A stretch of DNA of 55,979 bases, taken from positions 62,001 through 117,979 of the forward strand of contig MEDY01000037.1 of the NCBI GenBank assembly GCA_001724265.1, in the 5' to 3' direction. Positions 1-15,100 of this stretch are shown piece after piece. The translations under genes were made by a program, and so were the position numbers. The stretch comes from Rhizaria sp. SCN 62-66 (Eukaryota). Numbering within the stretch: position 1 is the first letter of the stretch; the number at the start of each line of letters is the position of its first letter. The notes beneath the pieces are model-generated. The model had not been told where the DNA came from, did no database searches, and saw only the letters and a list, made by a program, of their open reading frames with translations.

Positions 1-1
1 C

Positions 2-3000
2 GGCAAGCGCGGCTGACAGCGGCAGCGGCTGGGCCCGCGACAAGGTTGGCGGCGCCGCGCAACGACGGCTCCGAACACTGGCGGTCGAGTTCAACCGCGA
101 GCGGCGCGATTGCGAGTGCACGATTGAGTGCGTCCGCGACCGCGAGGACGGCGAGATGCGGGCTTCACCAGCATCATCTTCGTCCTCGTCAGCGACCGTC
201 GCGCCGGCCTGGCGCGCAGGGGGCATCACAACGGGGGCCGGGACGCCGTCCGCGTCGTAGATAGGCACATCGTCGTCCGCGCCGCTGAGCCCCAAGGCGT
301 CGTCGCTACCGCTCAGGCTCACGCCGGCGCTGTCGCTACGGTCCGCAGCGTCCAGGTCCAGCGCGCCCAGCCGCAGCCCGCGCGACCCGCCAGCGCGCGG
401 CGAGGGCGTCAGTCTTGCCGCCTCGGCCTCGGCCTCCGCCGCAGCCTGCTGCTCCGCCTCCTGCTCCAGCCAGCCCAGACTCATCTGCGGCACCGGCGAA
501 TCGTCGCCGCTGCTGATGTCCGAGTGCTCGCCAGCGGCCTTGTCGTCGGGCTCATCTGTCATCGCGGCAACCCCAACTTCAAGAGTGAGCCCGGCCGCGG
601 GCGCCGCAGGGGGCGCAGCGGGCAACACTGCGGGCGAGGGCGCGGGGAGCGTTGTGTCAAAGCCAAAGCCGAACGCGCGACGGCGGCCGCTGAGCGGCGC
701 AGCGGGCACAGTGGCCGATGAGCGGTCCGCCGCCTCGTCATCCTGATGGTCTGCGGTAGACGCGGCAGTCGCAGCGGCCGTAGCCGCTGCCGCAGCAGAG
801 GCGGCGGCGCGGGCGAGCGCAGCAGCGAGCGACATAGGCCCACGCTCTGCGGCCGCCACAGCGTCAGACGCAATCTCGGGCTCGTTTTCATCGTAACAGC
901 CCATGCCGGCTGCAGCAGCAGCAGCAGCAGCGGCGGTGGGCGAGAAGTACGAGTTGCCGTGCGGCGACATGAGCGAGCGCGGAGGCCGCGCGCGGCGCTG
1001 GCGTGGCACAGACGAGCGCGCAGGGATCTGCAGGTGCGCGCCGGGTGGCGACAACACGAGGCGGCTGCCCGACTCGAGGTGAGGACTCTGTGTGTAGCCA
1101 AACGATGGGGTGAAGCCCCCGTCGACGGCGCTGGCACCACGTGAGCGGGTCGCCAGGGGGCTGCTAAACTCGTGCAACGTGCACTCGTCCTCGCCCACTG
1201 CGCCGTACGCGGACCCTGCAGCTGCGGTCGGCAGATGCGACAGGGACACCGACGCGCTCGCGAAGCCTGAGCCGCCGTGTGTGTGCGAGTACGTCGCGTG
1301 CGGGTCGCCCGCAATCGCGAGCGCAGCGCCGTTGCCAACGCCAGGAAGCGCGAACGGCAGAGCCACAGAGCTGTTCAAGTCGTCATCGTCGTACTCATCC
1401 TCCTCGTCACTCTCGCCTGGAGGACCGCGCCAGCCGCTGCGCGTGACGCTCTGCACGGGCGCAGGCAACGCCCAAAGCGAGTGCGAGCGTGACCGCGAGG
1501 CTGCACAGGGGGACTCAACTTCGGGGTATTGCACGGTGCGGCTCTGGCGCTGCGCGTGCGCGCGGGCTGCGGCACCGGGCGACAAAAATCGGCCTGCAGA
1601 AGAGCCAAGAGCAGACGGTGAAAGTCTAGGGTCAACTCCGTCACCGCACTCGTCGCCATCACTGCGTTGCCCAACCCCACCAGCGCAATCACCGTCGTCA
1701 GCGCTGCTGCTGTCGCCGTCACCTGCGCTCAGATTCAGAGTCAGCGCACGGGCGCGAGCGCCGGAAGCTGCGGGGCCACCTGCAGAAGCGCCGGGGACAG
1801 GGGAAAATCCAGACTGTGACAGTGAATGCTGGAGCGGCGACTTCCCAAGCGACGCCAGCGACAGCGTGGGCTCAAAGCGCATCGGCGAACCTAGTGTCGA
1901 CACTCCAGTTGAGTTTGTAGCAGTCATTAGTGCCGCAAGCGCGGTACCCGCGGAGGGATTCGGAGAGCCGCCGAAAGATGCGCCAAGCGAAGGACCGGTG
2001 CCGCCGCTCGAGCCGGTGCGGGCAGCAAAGGGGGACGCGACGGAGAAGAGCGGCGAGCGGTACTGCTGCGGCGGCAGCTGAGACTGCGGCAGCTGTTGGT
2101 GCGATTGCAGGAACGGGCGGTACACAGCTGTGCCCATTGCCGCGGCCGCAGCCGCCGCCACCGAAGCCGCGGCCGAGGTCGGCATCGCGGGACTGCCCGG
2201 CGCGCGGTCGCCCTGAGGCGGCGAAAAGGCGGGGAATGGCACGGCCTGCATGTTGTGGAGCACGGGCAGCGACGTGTGGTGCGCCTGGCCGGGCGTCGCG
2301 TAGAGCGTGCCGGCCAACAACGACTCAAAGACGGCCGCGCCAGGCGAAGCCGCAGCAGCGGCCACGCTTGACGCATCAACCCGCATCCCAGCGTCTGCGG
2401 CCGCCGCAGAAGCAGCGGTTGCGGCTGCAAGGGCGCTCGCCGCGCGCGAAAGCTGAGAGCCGCCGGGTGTGGCGGCCGTATCGCCACCGCGCGCGCGCCG
2501 CAGGGGCGTGACGGTGGGCTGCGCGAGCGGGTCCATATTCGGGTGCCACGGGGCATTGTCCGGGGCGTCCTTGCTTTCGTCCGCAACGGCCTTGGCAGCA
2601 GCGGCGGCTGAGGTGGCCACTGAGAGGAACGCCAAGTCTTCGCACTCCATTTGCTGCAGGCGCCGTGCGTTTTCACGCTGCTCCTGCAGCTCGCGTGCGC
2701 GTCCGCGCTCACGCGCAACGCTGGCGGGTGCGGATAGCAGAGCGGTAGCCGCGCTCTGCGTGCGTTGCGCGTACATTAGTGCGACAAGAGCGTGAGTAAA
2801 GTGCGCGACGAGCTCGTCGCAGCGCGCCTTGCACGCCGCAACGGCAGCGCCACGCTGCGCAAGCGCGCGCCTGCGCAGCTGCCCCAGCAAGTACTGGTAG
2901 TCGATGACTGGCGCCATCGCAACCACTTCTTCAGGCAGCGCTGCGGCAGCGTACGCCGCAGCAGCGTCTGCACCATCGGGGCCCAGGCCCAGACCGAAGA

Positions 3001-3126
3001 GCTGGGCAGCGTGCGCACACTGCGGCGAAGACGCGGCGACCGAGCCGGCAGTCACGGGCAGCTCGCCCGGGTAGAGCGAAATCCCAGCCGCGGCGGCCAG
3101 CGCAAAGGGGCCGCTGCGGTGGCGCA

Positions 3127-3157
<31 letters not shown>

Positions 3158-6100
3158 TGCCATCGCCGTCGGCACAAGCACCTTGACGACGGTATTAATC
3201 GCGTCGGCAGCCGAGTTCAAGTACAGCAACGGCGCGGGTGGCGGAGGCGCCTTGCAAGGCGGCGGAAGTTGGCATGTCGGTGTGATGACGCTCGCGCGCA
3301 CAGCAGTCTCAGATGTGGTTGTAGCAGGCGTTGAGGCGACCGACTCCTTTTCTTTGGCTTGGGTCGCTGCAGCCTCGGCAGATCCTGGGACGTCTTGTGA
3401 AGATGCGGGCGGCGCAACAATGTCAACACTGTAGACAATGCGATCGCTCGACACGCACAGACCAGAGCGCACGCCGCGGTTGTGGTGGTTCAGCTGGTTC
3501 AGCATGCGCGTGCGGTGCGCCAACAGCGCCTCGGACAAGCTGCCCGCAGCGTCAGCGTCCGCTGCAGCGGCGGATGCGGCTGCGGCCGCGGCAGCTGCGC
3601 TGGGACCTCCTTCGCGAGCGACGGCAGCCACAGTTGCAAGAGAAGAAAGCGAGTCGCGCAGCGTCTTGCGGTTCCACAGCTCCGAGAAGACGGCCTCTGT
3701 GCCAAAGTTCGGCCGCGTAAAGACAAAGTAGTCATCATAGTGTGTGGCAGCGGGCGACGTGTCGACGAATTCGAGCCGCGTGTGCGAGAGGTACAAGCGC
3801 AGCTTCATCGCCGTCATGATCGACATTATCGACGGGGATGCGCACGTGGACGCAGGGAATCGCGCCGCGCGCGCGCAGGCCAGCGAGTCCTCAAGCGCAC
3901 CTGCGGGCACGGCGCAGTATTCACGCGTGAGCGCGGCCTGGAACAGATACGTGCGCACTGAGGCGCGGTCAATGTCGTAAGCACCGCGACACGCAGTGGC
4001 ACTGAGCACGGCGGGATGCACGGCGCGCGCGGAGGTGGCGGCGTACACAGCGCTCGTATCAGCGGGCGCCACAGCAGGGTCAACCGGTAGTGCAAGCAGC
4101 GGCAGCGCAGGCGCGAAGTGCGACTCATGCGCGCATGCGAGGCCCGGCTGCGGGAGCTCTGCCGAGTCTGGTATGGGCAGAAGCGGCGGACGGCGCGCAA
4201 GGGCGTCGCTCGGGCCGGACTGCGCGTCCGACCAGCGCGTGATCCAGTCCGCGGCCGCGAGGCGCAGCACGACAAGCGGGAACGGCACGCCGCGCGACGG
4301 CAGCGGCGGCAGCGAAGGGCTGTCGCCCGCAGCAGCAGCGTCGCCGGCTCTAGCGGTTGCGCCGCCCGAAGGCGGGGCGGCAGTGTATGGCGTGGGGTGT
4401 GGCGGCAAAGCGGGGCAGAAAGGGAAGAGCAGCGTCGCGAAGAGCGGCGACAGCGTCGAGGCTGTAGAGTAGTCGGATGCGTGCGTGAGCGCTTCAGCCA
4501 ACGCGCCTGAGGGCACGGTGCCGTCACAGCCCGCAGCAGAAGGCCTCGCGTCCATCGCCGCAGCCACTTGCGTCTCAGAGAAAGTCGGCAAGCGCGGGCG
4601 CGAAACAGCCCACACGCCAGCGCTCACGTCGCTCGCCGCAGGACTCTCTGTGTTGCCCAGTGGCAGGAAACCCCCGCCAGCGCCTGCGCCCGCGCCCAAT
4701 GGCGCAAGCGGTGCAATGCCGAGCGCCAGCGCAAGCTGACTGCTGTTAGGAGCGGGGCTGCCGCCCTCTGTCGCAGTGCTGGCGGCCGCAGCGACTGGGG
4801 TGCTCGCGCCAGCGGAAACTGGAGCGCTCGCACCAGCGCCAGCAGCCGCGGCCGAGGCGGCCGCCCACCACTCCTCAGCAGCGGCCTTGGCGGACGCGGC
4901 GGCGGCAGCGACCAGCGGCGCGGGCACCGCGGTCAGCGCCGCCGAGAAGGACGCCACGTCAAACGCGGCGCGCGGCGGCGCGGGCAGCGCGGTGACAACG
5001 CTATCGTCGATCGCGGGGCCGTGGGTCGCACTGGCAGGTGTGCGGGGCGCCTTCGACAGCGGGGTGGCCGCGGCAGGCGCAGAGGCAGGCGGCGAGGAGC
5101 AAGCGGAGGGATCGGACGTGAAAGAGGGCGAGCCCAGCGACATTGAGCGGCTCACCGGCGCAGACGGCAGCGGCGACACGACTGGCGCAGCCGCGGCGCT
5201 CGCCGTCCCGGCGCCACCGGCGGGAGCGGGTGTCGTGAACGCGGGGAACACGCGCAGCGTGGTCTCGCACGACAGAGTCGCGTTGTTGAAGGGTCCCGCG
5301 ATGTCGATGTACGGGGACAACAGCAGTGCGTACGGGTCGACCGCAGTGCTAACAGTGCCGCTCGCCGCGGCAGCCGCAGCGGCAATCGTAGCAGCGGTGG
5401 CAAACGCATCAGCGGCCTCTGTACGCATCCAGTGCGTGATATGGTGATAGTGGTCGCCGGAGCCGCCGGCAGGCGCGGGCAGCCCGGACAAACACAGAGC
5501 AACACACTGAGGCAGCGTCACCGCAACTGCATCAGCAGCCTCGGATGTCGATGCTGTTGAAAGAGTACCAATGATGCCAGAATTGTTCCGACTCAATGTC
5601 TTAGCGCGATTGTAACCAGAGCCAAGCGGTGCAAGCGCGCTTGCTAGCTTGTCATAGGCGGCTGCAACGCGCTGCAATGCCCAACGCACGGGTGCGTCGC
5701 CTTCAGCAGCGGCGGCAGCAAGAGCGGCCAGTCGCGCAGCGCCGGCGGTGGCCTCTCGCCCGTCAACGATAGGCGGCAGCAGGAAGGGTGTCGACGTCGC
5801 CCGCGCAACCGCGCGAAGATACGCGGCGCCAGACGCAGGAGAAGCGCCAGCCAGCGCGACGAGAAGCGCGCGGACGGCTGCGGTCTGCGAGGCAGCACCC
5901 GAGGGGCGCAGGCCCTTGCTGTGCGCGGACAAGCGCAGCGTGCGCAGAGTGTCGCGCAGGTCAGCCACAAAGCGCGCCTCGGCGGTCTCAGTGGCGGACA
6001 CAGGCGCCGCAGCGGCCGTGGAGAGCCCTGCGGTGGACAGCGGCACGCTGCTGCTCGAGGTGGACTCTGCGTCGTCACGCACCCCAGTCTCCGGGTCCGC

Positions 6101-9100
6101 GAAACCGCGCTCGCACGCGCGCAGAAGAGCGTCCGCCGGCGCGGGTGGCGCGAGCGCGGGCGCTGCAGACGTTGGTCGCTGCCAGGTAAACGTGGATTCG
6201 ATCATGAAATGCGGGAATGCAACGAGACGACCGTGCGCCGACACAGCGCGCGGCGGCGGCAGCGGTGGCAAAGGCAGATACGTCGGCGGGAAAACCATGC
6301 GCACCGGCACCGACGCGGCGGCTGCGGCTGTTGCGGAGACGGACAAGCGCGCACGGCAAGCGCTGCCTGGGAAACTAGTGCCGGACGAGAGCGCAGCAGC
6401 AGCAATGACGGCGGCGGTAGCGGCGGCTCGCGTGGCGAAATCAGAAATGAGCGGCAGAAGAGACACGAACTCATATGTGGGCACTTCAATCGAAGATGCG
6501 GACTGGTGCATCGTGGGGCAAAGAGCCGCAGCCAGCTGCGAGCTCATCGGTGAGAAATTGAGCCGTAAAAGCTGCTGCAGCGGGAGTAACGCAGGTGTGA
6601 CGACAGGAAGCACACCAGACAGCGTCGATGAACGCGCGCCAATCGCGGACAGAGATGGCGCCGTTAACGCGGGCGCAGAGGTGGAGGCAGGGGTCTGCGC
6701 CGCGGCCGGTGCAGCACTCGCGGCGGGTTGGCGGACGTGGTCGAACGAGCCGAAGATGCCGCCAAAAGGCAAGGAACCCTTACTCTGCGAGGGGCTGGCG
6801 GCGCCGCCCGCGGCGCGCGCGGGACTAACTACGGGCTCGTAGTCGGCGTCAACGATGTCGGGCGGCGGCGCCAGCGAGCTCAGCATCAGCGCCTCTTCGG
6901 CGGTGATCTGCGCACCCGCGGCGCAGCCAGCGGCCGCGGTGGCCTTGTCCGCATCGGCAGCGGCGGCGTCCGGCGCGCTCTCACAGAGCTGCGAGATCTC
7001 GCGCATGCGGAAGAGCTCCCACTGGCGCTGGCGCTCGGCCGCGTCCGTCGCGGGGTCGTAGTCGGCCTCGATGGCGGACGGCAGAGGCGGCAGTGCGATC
7101 GACACAGCGTTGGCCGAGCTCGCGCCCGTCTCGTCCTCGTCGTCGCCGTCGTCGCAGCCGTCAGCGGTGGAGATCGAGCGCTTGCTGCGCGGCGTCTTCG
7201 CCATCGCTACAGCAACAGCCCTCTCGCCTTGGTCTGGCGCAACGACGCTCAGCACAGGCGTGAGCTCCGCCAGCGCCTTAGCCTCGCGCGAGGACACCTC
7301 GCGCGGGCCCAAGGGGACAGAGGAAGCGGCGTTCGAGGCGCTAGCGGAGGCAGCAGCGGCCGCAGCGGCGGCGGCGAGCGGGTCTGTGATGACGACGGGC
7401 ACCATGCGCAGAACGGCGGCGGCCGAGTCGATGTAGAAGACCTCGCGCAGCGCGCACGCGAATGCCACAGTGGGGTGCGCCGCGGCCGCAAGAGGGTGCT
7501 CCCAGTCATCGCCACCGCACGCCACGCCGTTCACGCTCGCTGCGTTCGTCACACCAGCACAAGCAGCGCCAGGACCAGCACTGGCCGACGTGGCAGAGGC
7601 AACAAAACCAGGCGTCGCTGACGCGCCCGCATAAGGCGGAGGCAGGTTTGAGCCACCCCAAGTGCTGCCGCCCACGGTCGCACCGGCAGCGCCAACGCTC
7701 CCGGCGCGGTAAGTGCCGTATGACGAGCCCCCAACAGTCGTGGACGGACCGAAAGTGCTACCTCCCGCGCCGGTGAGGCTACCACGGCTCCCATAGCGAG
7801 TCAAAAACGCGCTGCCGCCGCGAACGCGGTCGGCGCGGCCGTAGAGGCTGCCCGCGCCGTAGACAGTTCCGCCTTGAGCAGCGCCAGGGGCGAAGGCCGC
7901 TGCAGCAGACACTGATGCGGCCACGGCGAGCGGCAGCGGCGGCAGCGCGGGCGCGTTAGGCCAGTTGACATTGCACGCAACGATTGGCAGCTGCGGCGCC
8001 ATCTGGCGCACGCGCAGCGCGCTGCTGCGGCGGCGGCGACGCAACGTTGCTGGCGACAGCAGGAGCGAGGGGCGCGAGGGCGAGCCCACGCCTGAGCTGA
8101 CAGCTTGGGCGGCGGCAGCGGCAGCGCTGGACATTGCCGCTGCGGCCGCAGGCGTCGTGCGCAGACGCATGAGCGCGCCGAGCACAGCTGCGGCGACAGG
8201 CTCCGGGACCACCGCAGCGCCGGCACCTGCGCCGAGCGTCGGCGTAGTATACAGCGTGCGCGCCAGCAGCCAGCGAGACGCCGCGCCAGAGCCCGCGCGG
8301 CGCAGCCAAGCAGATTCGCGCTCCGTGGCGCTGCTGACGCTAACAGAGGCGGTGGGCGCGGCAGTGGTCTTCGCGGGGGCGTCGCTCGCCTCGCTCGCTG
8401 CAGCGGCGGCGGCGACGGCGGCGTTGGCGACCTCTTCCTTGGCCGCGATCACAGCCGCCGCGGCAATATCACGCAGCGGCGGCACGGCGGGACGGAACAG
8501 CACGCCATTGAGGCACAGCGGAGAGCGGCGCATCATGTTCTGAGCGGGCGCAGACGACGCCAGCGCGCGCGCAGCCGCAGCTGTAAACGGGTCCGTGCTG
8601 CTCGTGACCACGTCAGCGCCCGTGGAGGGCGCCACGCTCTCAGAGTTGTGGCTCGCAGAGGCCGTGGCCGCAAGAGCAGCGAGAAGATGCGGCGCCGTTG
8701 CGGCCGTAGCAGGCGTGACAGTGAGCAGCGGTGCAGGCGCGACAGGGGCCGCCCACGGGGGCGCGAAGATGTCAACGACAGAGCCGGCGCAGTGCAGCGC
8801 AAGCGCGCCGCGCGAAAGAAGCAGCGAGAGCGACTCCGAGGAGCCGTGCAGCGCCGAGACGTCAAAGGCGTCGGGCTCGGAGAAGAGCACCAAACGGCAG
8901 TTGGTCGCAGTCATCGCCAGCTTGCCCTGCAGCATCGCGCGCAAGTCGTCCCAGAAGCCGATCTCGGGCGGCGACGGCGGGAGGAGCTCTGTGAGCAGGG
9001 TTGGCTGCTCGCTCTTGGTCTCGCCCGCGCGCGCGCCTGGGACACGTGTGTTTGTGCGCCGAAGCCATTCTGGCAGCGTTTCGACTGCGGCAGCCGCAGC

Positions 9101-12100
9101 GCGGGTGCGCGGCATGCGCGCGGCAAGCGGGTTGGTGAAACGGTTCACGGCCGCGGAGAACGCAGCGACGGCGGCGGCAACAGAGGGCCCGTGCGCAATG
9201 TGAGCGTCGTGCACCTGCAGCGCCAAGTCGTGGAACACGCGCGTGGGCGCCGCGGGCGCAGCGGACACGCAAACCGACACGCCACGTGCGGCTGCAACGG
9301 GCGTCCAACCACTCAGCAGCGGAGGCGCGCCCAGCTCAGCCATCACAATCGTGCCGCTCGCCGTAAAGGCGGCCGCCTGCATCAGCGCCAGCGGCGAGTC
9401 AGGCAGCGTCAGCGCGGCGCGGCGCGCAGTCAACGTGATCTGGCGAGGAATCGCCTCGGCCAAGTCGAAGCTGCCCTCACACGCGCGCGACAAACGCAGA
9501 CCCAGGTAGGGCGCCAAGCGTAGCTCCAGTGACGCGAGAGACGCACGCAGGCGGCGCGGCAGACGAGGCAGTGCAGCCGGCGCGCGCCCTGACCGAGGAT
9601 TGGGGCGCTGGAAGGCATCCCATGCACGGAACACGGTGAAGGCCCAGTCATCGAGCGAAAGTGCATCGAGGCCCATGTCGGGACAAAGCGGGCGCACGGC
9701 GCGCGCCCAGTCACGCACGACGTTACGCACCAGATAGGGCGGCGTCGGAGCGGCGTCCAGCGCAGCAAGCATGCGCGTAAGTGCCTCGAAATCCTGCAGA
9801 GGGGCCGTGAGCGCGAGCTCGGCAGTCAGCGGAGCCATCTCGAGCGTGAACACGGAGCGCGCGCGCAGCTGCCGCGCGTCCAAGTCGCTCCACGCGTCCG
9901 CAGGCGGGCGGCGCGGCAGACCCGCAGCGGCGCTGGCGGGGTGGATCGACCAGAAGCGCGGGTGCTGCGCCGGCGGCGCGTTTTGCAGCAGCGGTGCAAC
10001 AAAACTATCTTGAACTGGAGTATTTTCCTGAACCGATGATAAGCTGGGGGGATATCCATCATGTGCAATGGGGTTTCCGCTCAAAGGACGTTCAATCGAC
10101 TGGCGGACTGCAACAAGACCGGCAAACGCGCCCGACATCGCAGGAGTGCTCGCATCAGTGAAGGAGGCCTCATCAGCTGCAGTCGCTCTCACGGCCGCGC
10201 CAGTGACAGCATCGTGTGCGGCGGCGAGCCAGCGGTCCCAGAGCGCCCACTGTGAGCGCGCAAACATGGCAAGCGCGTCGGGGCGCGCGCCAACAACGGG
10301 ACTGGCGGACGACGGCAGCAGCAGCGTGGAGCGCAAAGGCAGTCCGTCAAAAAGGCGCTGTGCAGGGAATGTCGCACTCGGCCCTGTGCCATCAGTCAGA
10401 TCGGCAGCAGGCAGCGCGGCAGACAGCACGGCGTTGGGACTCACACGATCATGGCGATACCACGACGAAACTGCAGCCGCGAAGGGCAACACACAAACTG
10501 TCTCTGCATCCATCGCAGCGGACGAGCTCAGTGCCGATGAGACGCGACGTGCGGCTGCGGCAGCGCGACCCAGCGGACCCGCGCGCGCAGTAGCGGCTCC
10601 CTTGGCAGCACACCGCGCACCGCTCGTGACAATGTCAAGCCCGTCAGCACCAGCGTTCGCACGGCTGCAGGGCTTGAGGTGTGCCTTGGCGTACTGTGCG
10701 TCGCGAATCGCGGAGGAACGCGCGCGCAGGAAAGGCTTTGAGTCTGACGACAGCGGGCCCAGGAACGCGAGCGAATCGAGCAGGTGCAGCACGAGTGCGC
10801 GGACGCAGTCGTCGCGACTGGCTTCCGCAGCGGCAGCATCGGCCAGCGCGGCAGGAGTCGCGGCAGCAGGCTGGCGCGGCGGGGCCGCGGCTGCGCAGGG
10901 ACGATGCCAATCCCACCCGGCGTCGGGGTCGGCGTCCGCACCAGCGGGTCCGGTGGCGGCAGCCCCGGATGAGGAGAAAACGGGCGTCGGGCCCCAGTCG
11001 TCGTCCTCATCAGAGGCCGCACGCTCATCGGTAGCGGCGTCTGAAGCCTCGGGAGACGTGGACGCAGAAGCGGACTGTGCGCAAACGGTCATGTCCGCAA
11101 CGCCCTTGAGCGCGGCGGCGCACTCGCGGCGCGCCCACTCCTGCGCGGGGCGCACGGCGTAGAGGACGCGCAGCAGCTCGCGCCGGCACAACTCGCGGAC
11201 ATCGGTACCCGCCTCGGCCTTCTGCCGCAGCATCTGCGCCACGGGCGCTTCGAGCGCGTGCAGCCGCATCGCGCCCACAGTCAGCAAGACTGAGCCCAGG
11301 TCGAGAGACGTCGGCGCCGCGGCGGGCATGAAGTAGCGGCGCAGCCCGTCCGACGCGCCCACCTTCTCGGCGCCGCGCGCGAGGAACGCCATCAGCGACG
11401 ACAGCGACGAAGACTCAGTGTAGCCCAAATCCTCATCACTCTCCGGGGCACAGTCCGCTGGAACAAGTGAACTTCCGGCGCGAGGCAGTGCAACGCGCAC
11501 GGCGTCACACGCAATGAACGCAAGGGATCCCTCACGCGCGAGCGCGCTGGCAGCGAGAGCCAGAGCGCCCGTCGTCACGTACGCCGCAGCGCGCGCGCGG
11601 CCGGCAGCGAAGGCGCGCTTGAGCACCTTGACCGCCTTCCAGCGGCGCAACGCAGCCTGCATGAAGTGCATAAAGTAGCCGTCAGGCCGCTGCACAATCA
11701 CGAGCTTGTCGATCGCCGCAGTCAGCGAGGGCTGCGGCGGCAGCGAGTGCACCAAGGGCACCGCGGCGGCATCGGTGACGCACGCATCAGCGCGCACACC
11801 GTGCGCAGCGGTCATTGCGGATAGCGCGTCGGGCACAGGCACGACGTGCGCTTGTGGGCAGGCAATAAGCTGCGCCGTGAGCAAGTTGATTCCCAGCGTA
11901 CGACGCGACTGCAGCAGCAGCGACGCATCCTCAAGTGACACTGTCAACGGCGCGGCCAGCAGTGCGCGCAGCAGCCCCGGCGCGAGCGCGATCACCTCAG
12001 GCGCAAGTGCACCGTCCTCGGCGGCCGCGGTGGCAGAGTCGGGGAAGCCGTAGGGCAGCTCGAGACTCACTTCGCGAGGGGTCGCTACGCAGATGGCGCG

Positions 12101-15100
12101 CGCGGTCACTGAAAGCGTGTTGGTCTTGACGGCATCACGGAGTTCCTCCGAAGCGCCGGGCGCAGCGTGCTCCGCGAAGGCGAATGTGAACTTGAGCGCG
12201 CTCACGGCCACGCTCACGCGGTGCGGCCATGCCGCGCTCACCGTGACCTCAGGAAGCGCCGGCGACACCAAGGGCCCGCACGGGGGCAGCCAGTTGACAA
12301 ACGGGAGCAGAAACGGCGTGTCTGGCATCGTCTTTGCAGCAGCAGCGACTGTGGCTTCATTGTCAAACCACGCACGCTGCAGCGCTGCAGTGGCGGCGGC
12401 GTCGTTGCCCTGGCCCGCGGCAGCGGCGAGCAGCGTCGTGGCCGGGCAGTCAGTGAGCTCGGGCGCAGAGCCGTTACGCGCGAGACGAAGCAGCACCGCG
12501 GCGCGCCAGCGCAGGCCGACGTGCGCGGCAAGCGCGCGCAGCGAAGGGCCCAGAACGGCGGCGGATGCGGCGGGCGCCGAGGGCGCGGCGGTGATCGCGG
12601 TCACCAGGCGCTGCGGAAGCAGAAAGAGCAGCGGGCGCGCGGTGATCTCGACCGTAGCCACCGACAGCGCCGTCACAGTCACCTCGGAGGCCGACGGCAG
12701 GTGCGCGTCGGCCACGGCGGCGCCGAGCGGCGTCAACGGCGGCACGAGCAGAGCGGGCGCCTCGGCGCCGCCGGGTGCGACGGTGAGGGCGGCGGCAGCG
12801 GTCAGCGCGAGCCCCGTCACGGAGACGGGCGTGCAGACGGCCTCGCCGCGCGACGGGGTCCATGGCGCGCCCGCGGCCGCAAGGGGCGCCGGCGCCAGCA
12901 GCGCGACGCCGCAGCGCGCGTGCTCCGCCGCGGCCAGCGCGGGGTCCAGCTCGGCGATCGTGACCGTGAGCGCCTGCAGCTCCACCGCAGGCAGCAGGTA
13001 CACCTTGCGCGCAGCGTCGGCCTCGCGCGCGGCCACAGTCGTCGGCGCGCCGTCGGCCGCGGCCACCTCGGCAGCGGCGGCGGTGGCGGTCGCGGCCAGG
13101 CCCTGCGCTGTAACCGTGATCACATGCGCGTTGGGCTCGCGGCCCACGCCCGCCAGCGGGGGCAGCAGCAGCGCTGACTCGGGCGCGCGGCCGCGGCGGG
13201 TGGTCAGCGCGGCGGCGAAGGCCGCGGCGCCCGCGCGGGCGGACGCTGCGGCGGAGTCGGCCGCGGCCTCCGGACTGGGGAGTACGATGGGCACCGGCGG
13301 GACGGTGACGGCGAGAGACAGCGTCGCCACGCGCAGCGCCAGCGTCGACGCGAGCAGCGGGCCGCGCAGCCACGCGGGCAGCTGCGGCCACGGCGCCGGC
13401 CCGCGGTCCGTGCACGAAGCACACGCGGGAGCGGGCGCGGACGCGGGCGCGGGTGCGAGCAAAGCCGCAGCGGCATCGTATAAGTCGGCAGACCACGCGG
13501 GCGCCAGCGCACCGTCGGCAGCGGAAGCCAAGCCGAACGCAGCCGCGAACATGGACGCATCAGCTGCCAACGCAGCGGGGGCCAGGGCGACCTCGACCGC
13601 CCCCAGGTCTGCAGAAACGGCCACGCCCGCGCCGCGGTCTGCGGCGGCGGAAGCATCGCAGGACACTGTGAGCGCCGAGAGGAGCAACAGGCGGTGCGGC
13701 GGCGGGCCCGGGACCGCGGATCCCGCGCCCTGCAGCCGCGCCTGCGCGACGGCGGCCGTGGCCAGCGCGGGCGCGCTCTGCTCGCTCACGTCCCAGCGCG
13801 CCGCGGCGGCTGCAGCGCCGGCACAGCGGCCGTGCAGCGTGGCCGCGTGCGGCAGGCGCAGCGCGGCAACCGTGGGCAGCGCCGCGCGGCAGCCCCAGCG
13901 CGCGCCGTCGCGCGCCGCGGAGAGGGAAAGCCCGCTCGCAAAGACCAGCAGCTTCGCACTCACATCTCCGACAGTGTTGGAGGACTGCGAGCGCAGCGGG
14001 TACGCCAGCCCACGGAACGCGTGGTCGATCACCGTCGCAACTGCGTCCGCGCCCACGTCATGGACGACGGAGACCTCCGTGGTGGCCGCGGTGGCCGCAG
14101 CGGCGAAGGGCTCTGAAAGGGGCAGCGTGTCGAACTGCCAGGGCAGCGCGGCCGCAGCTGCGGTGGCCGCAGCTGCGGTGGCCGCGGCAGCATCGGCCGC
14201 GGCGACATCAACCGCGGCCGGGTGCGCGGGCAGTGGGCTGGCGGCAGAGACCAGCGTTAGCGACACGCGGTCGACTGCGACGGCCACGGAGCGCACCAGC
14301 GCGCTCGCAGCGGCCAGCGGCAGCGGGTTCGCGGTCACGGTCCCGGTCGCGGTCGCCGCCGGCGCAGCCGCTGTGCTGACGGGCCTCGCCGCAGCAGCGG
14401 AGCCCGCGGTCGGCGCAAGGGCCATAAGCACCGCCAGCGCGACGAGCGAGCGCATTGCAGCGGGCGCCACGGCAGCGTCGAGGCTGCCCACGGCAAGCGC
14501 GGCCGCGACGCCCGCGGTGCCGGGAGCCACAGTCAAGCGCAGTCCGCGCCAGTGCAACACGGGCGTGGCAGCGGCACCGGGCGCCGTCAGCGCGACTGCG
14601 AGCGGCATCACGGCAACGGAGACCGCAAGCGCGTTGCCGAGCAGCGCCGCCAGCGCCACCGCAGCGCCGCCCTCAGTGGCGTCGGTCTGCACATTGCCGG
14701 TCTGCGCATTGCCGGTGTGCGTGGCGTCGACGTCGGTCTGCGAGGCGTCAAGCGCGAGCGACGCGGAGACGCCCTGCCAGGCCACCGCGGGCAGCTGCAG
14801 CGGCGGGGAGCCGGCCGGCGCAGCGGACGCGGAGAACACGGAGGGCGCGGTCACGCTCAGCGCGGCGGGCGCGACGGTGAGCGAGAGCTTGATTGTGACG
14901 GCGGGCAGCAGCTGCCGTAGCGCGACCGCGGCCCACGGCGCGCCCGCAGAGGCCTTCGCGGGGGCCACCGACGCCGCCGCAGCAGCTACGGGGGCCGCGC
15001 CGAGCGCTGCGACAGCGAGCTGCTGGAGCTGGGCCAGCAGCGGCAGCGGCAGCGTAGCAGTAAGCGCGCCAACCATGACCGCAGCGGACACCGAGCCTGC

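Noticed and set aside
46-12129. Numerous 60-470 aa ORFs on both strands
   Set aside because: Out-of-frame or antisense by-products of the GC-rich BLTP2 coding sequence.
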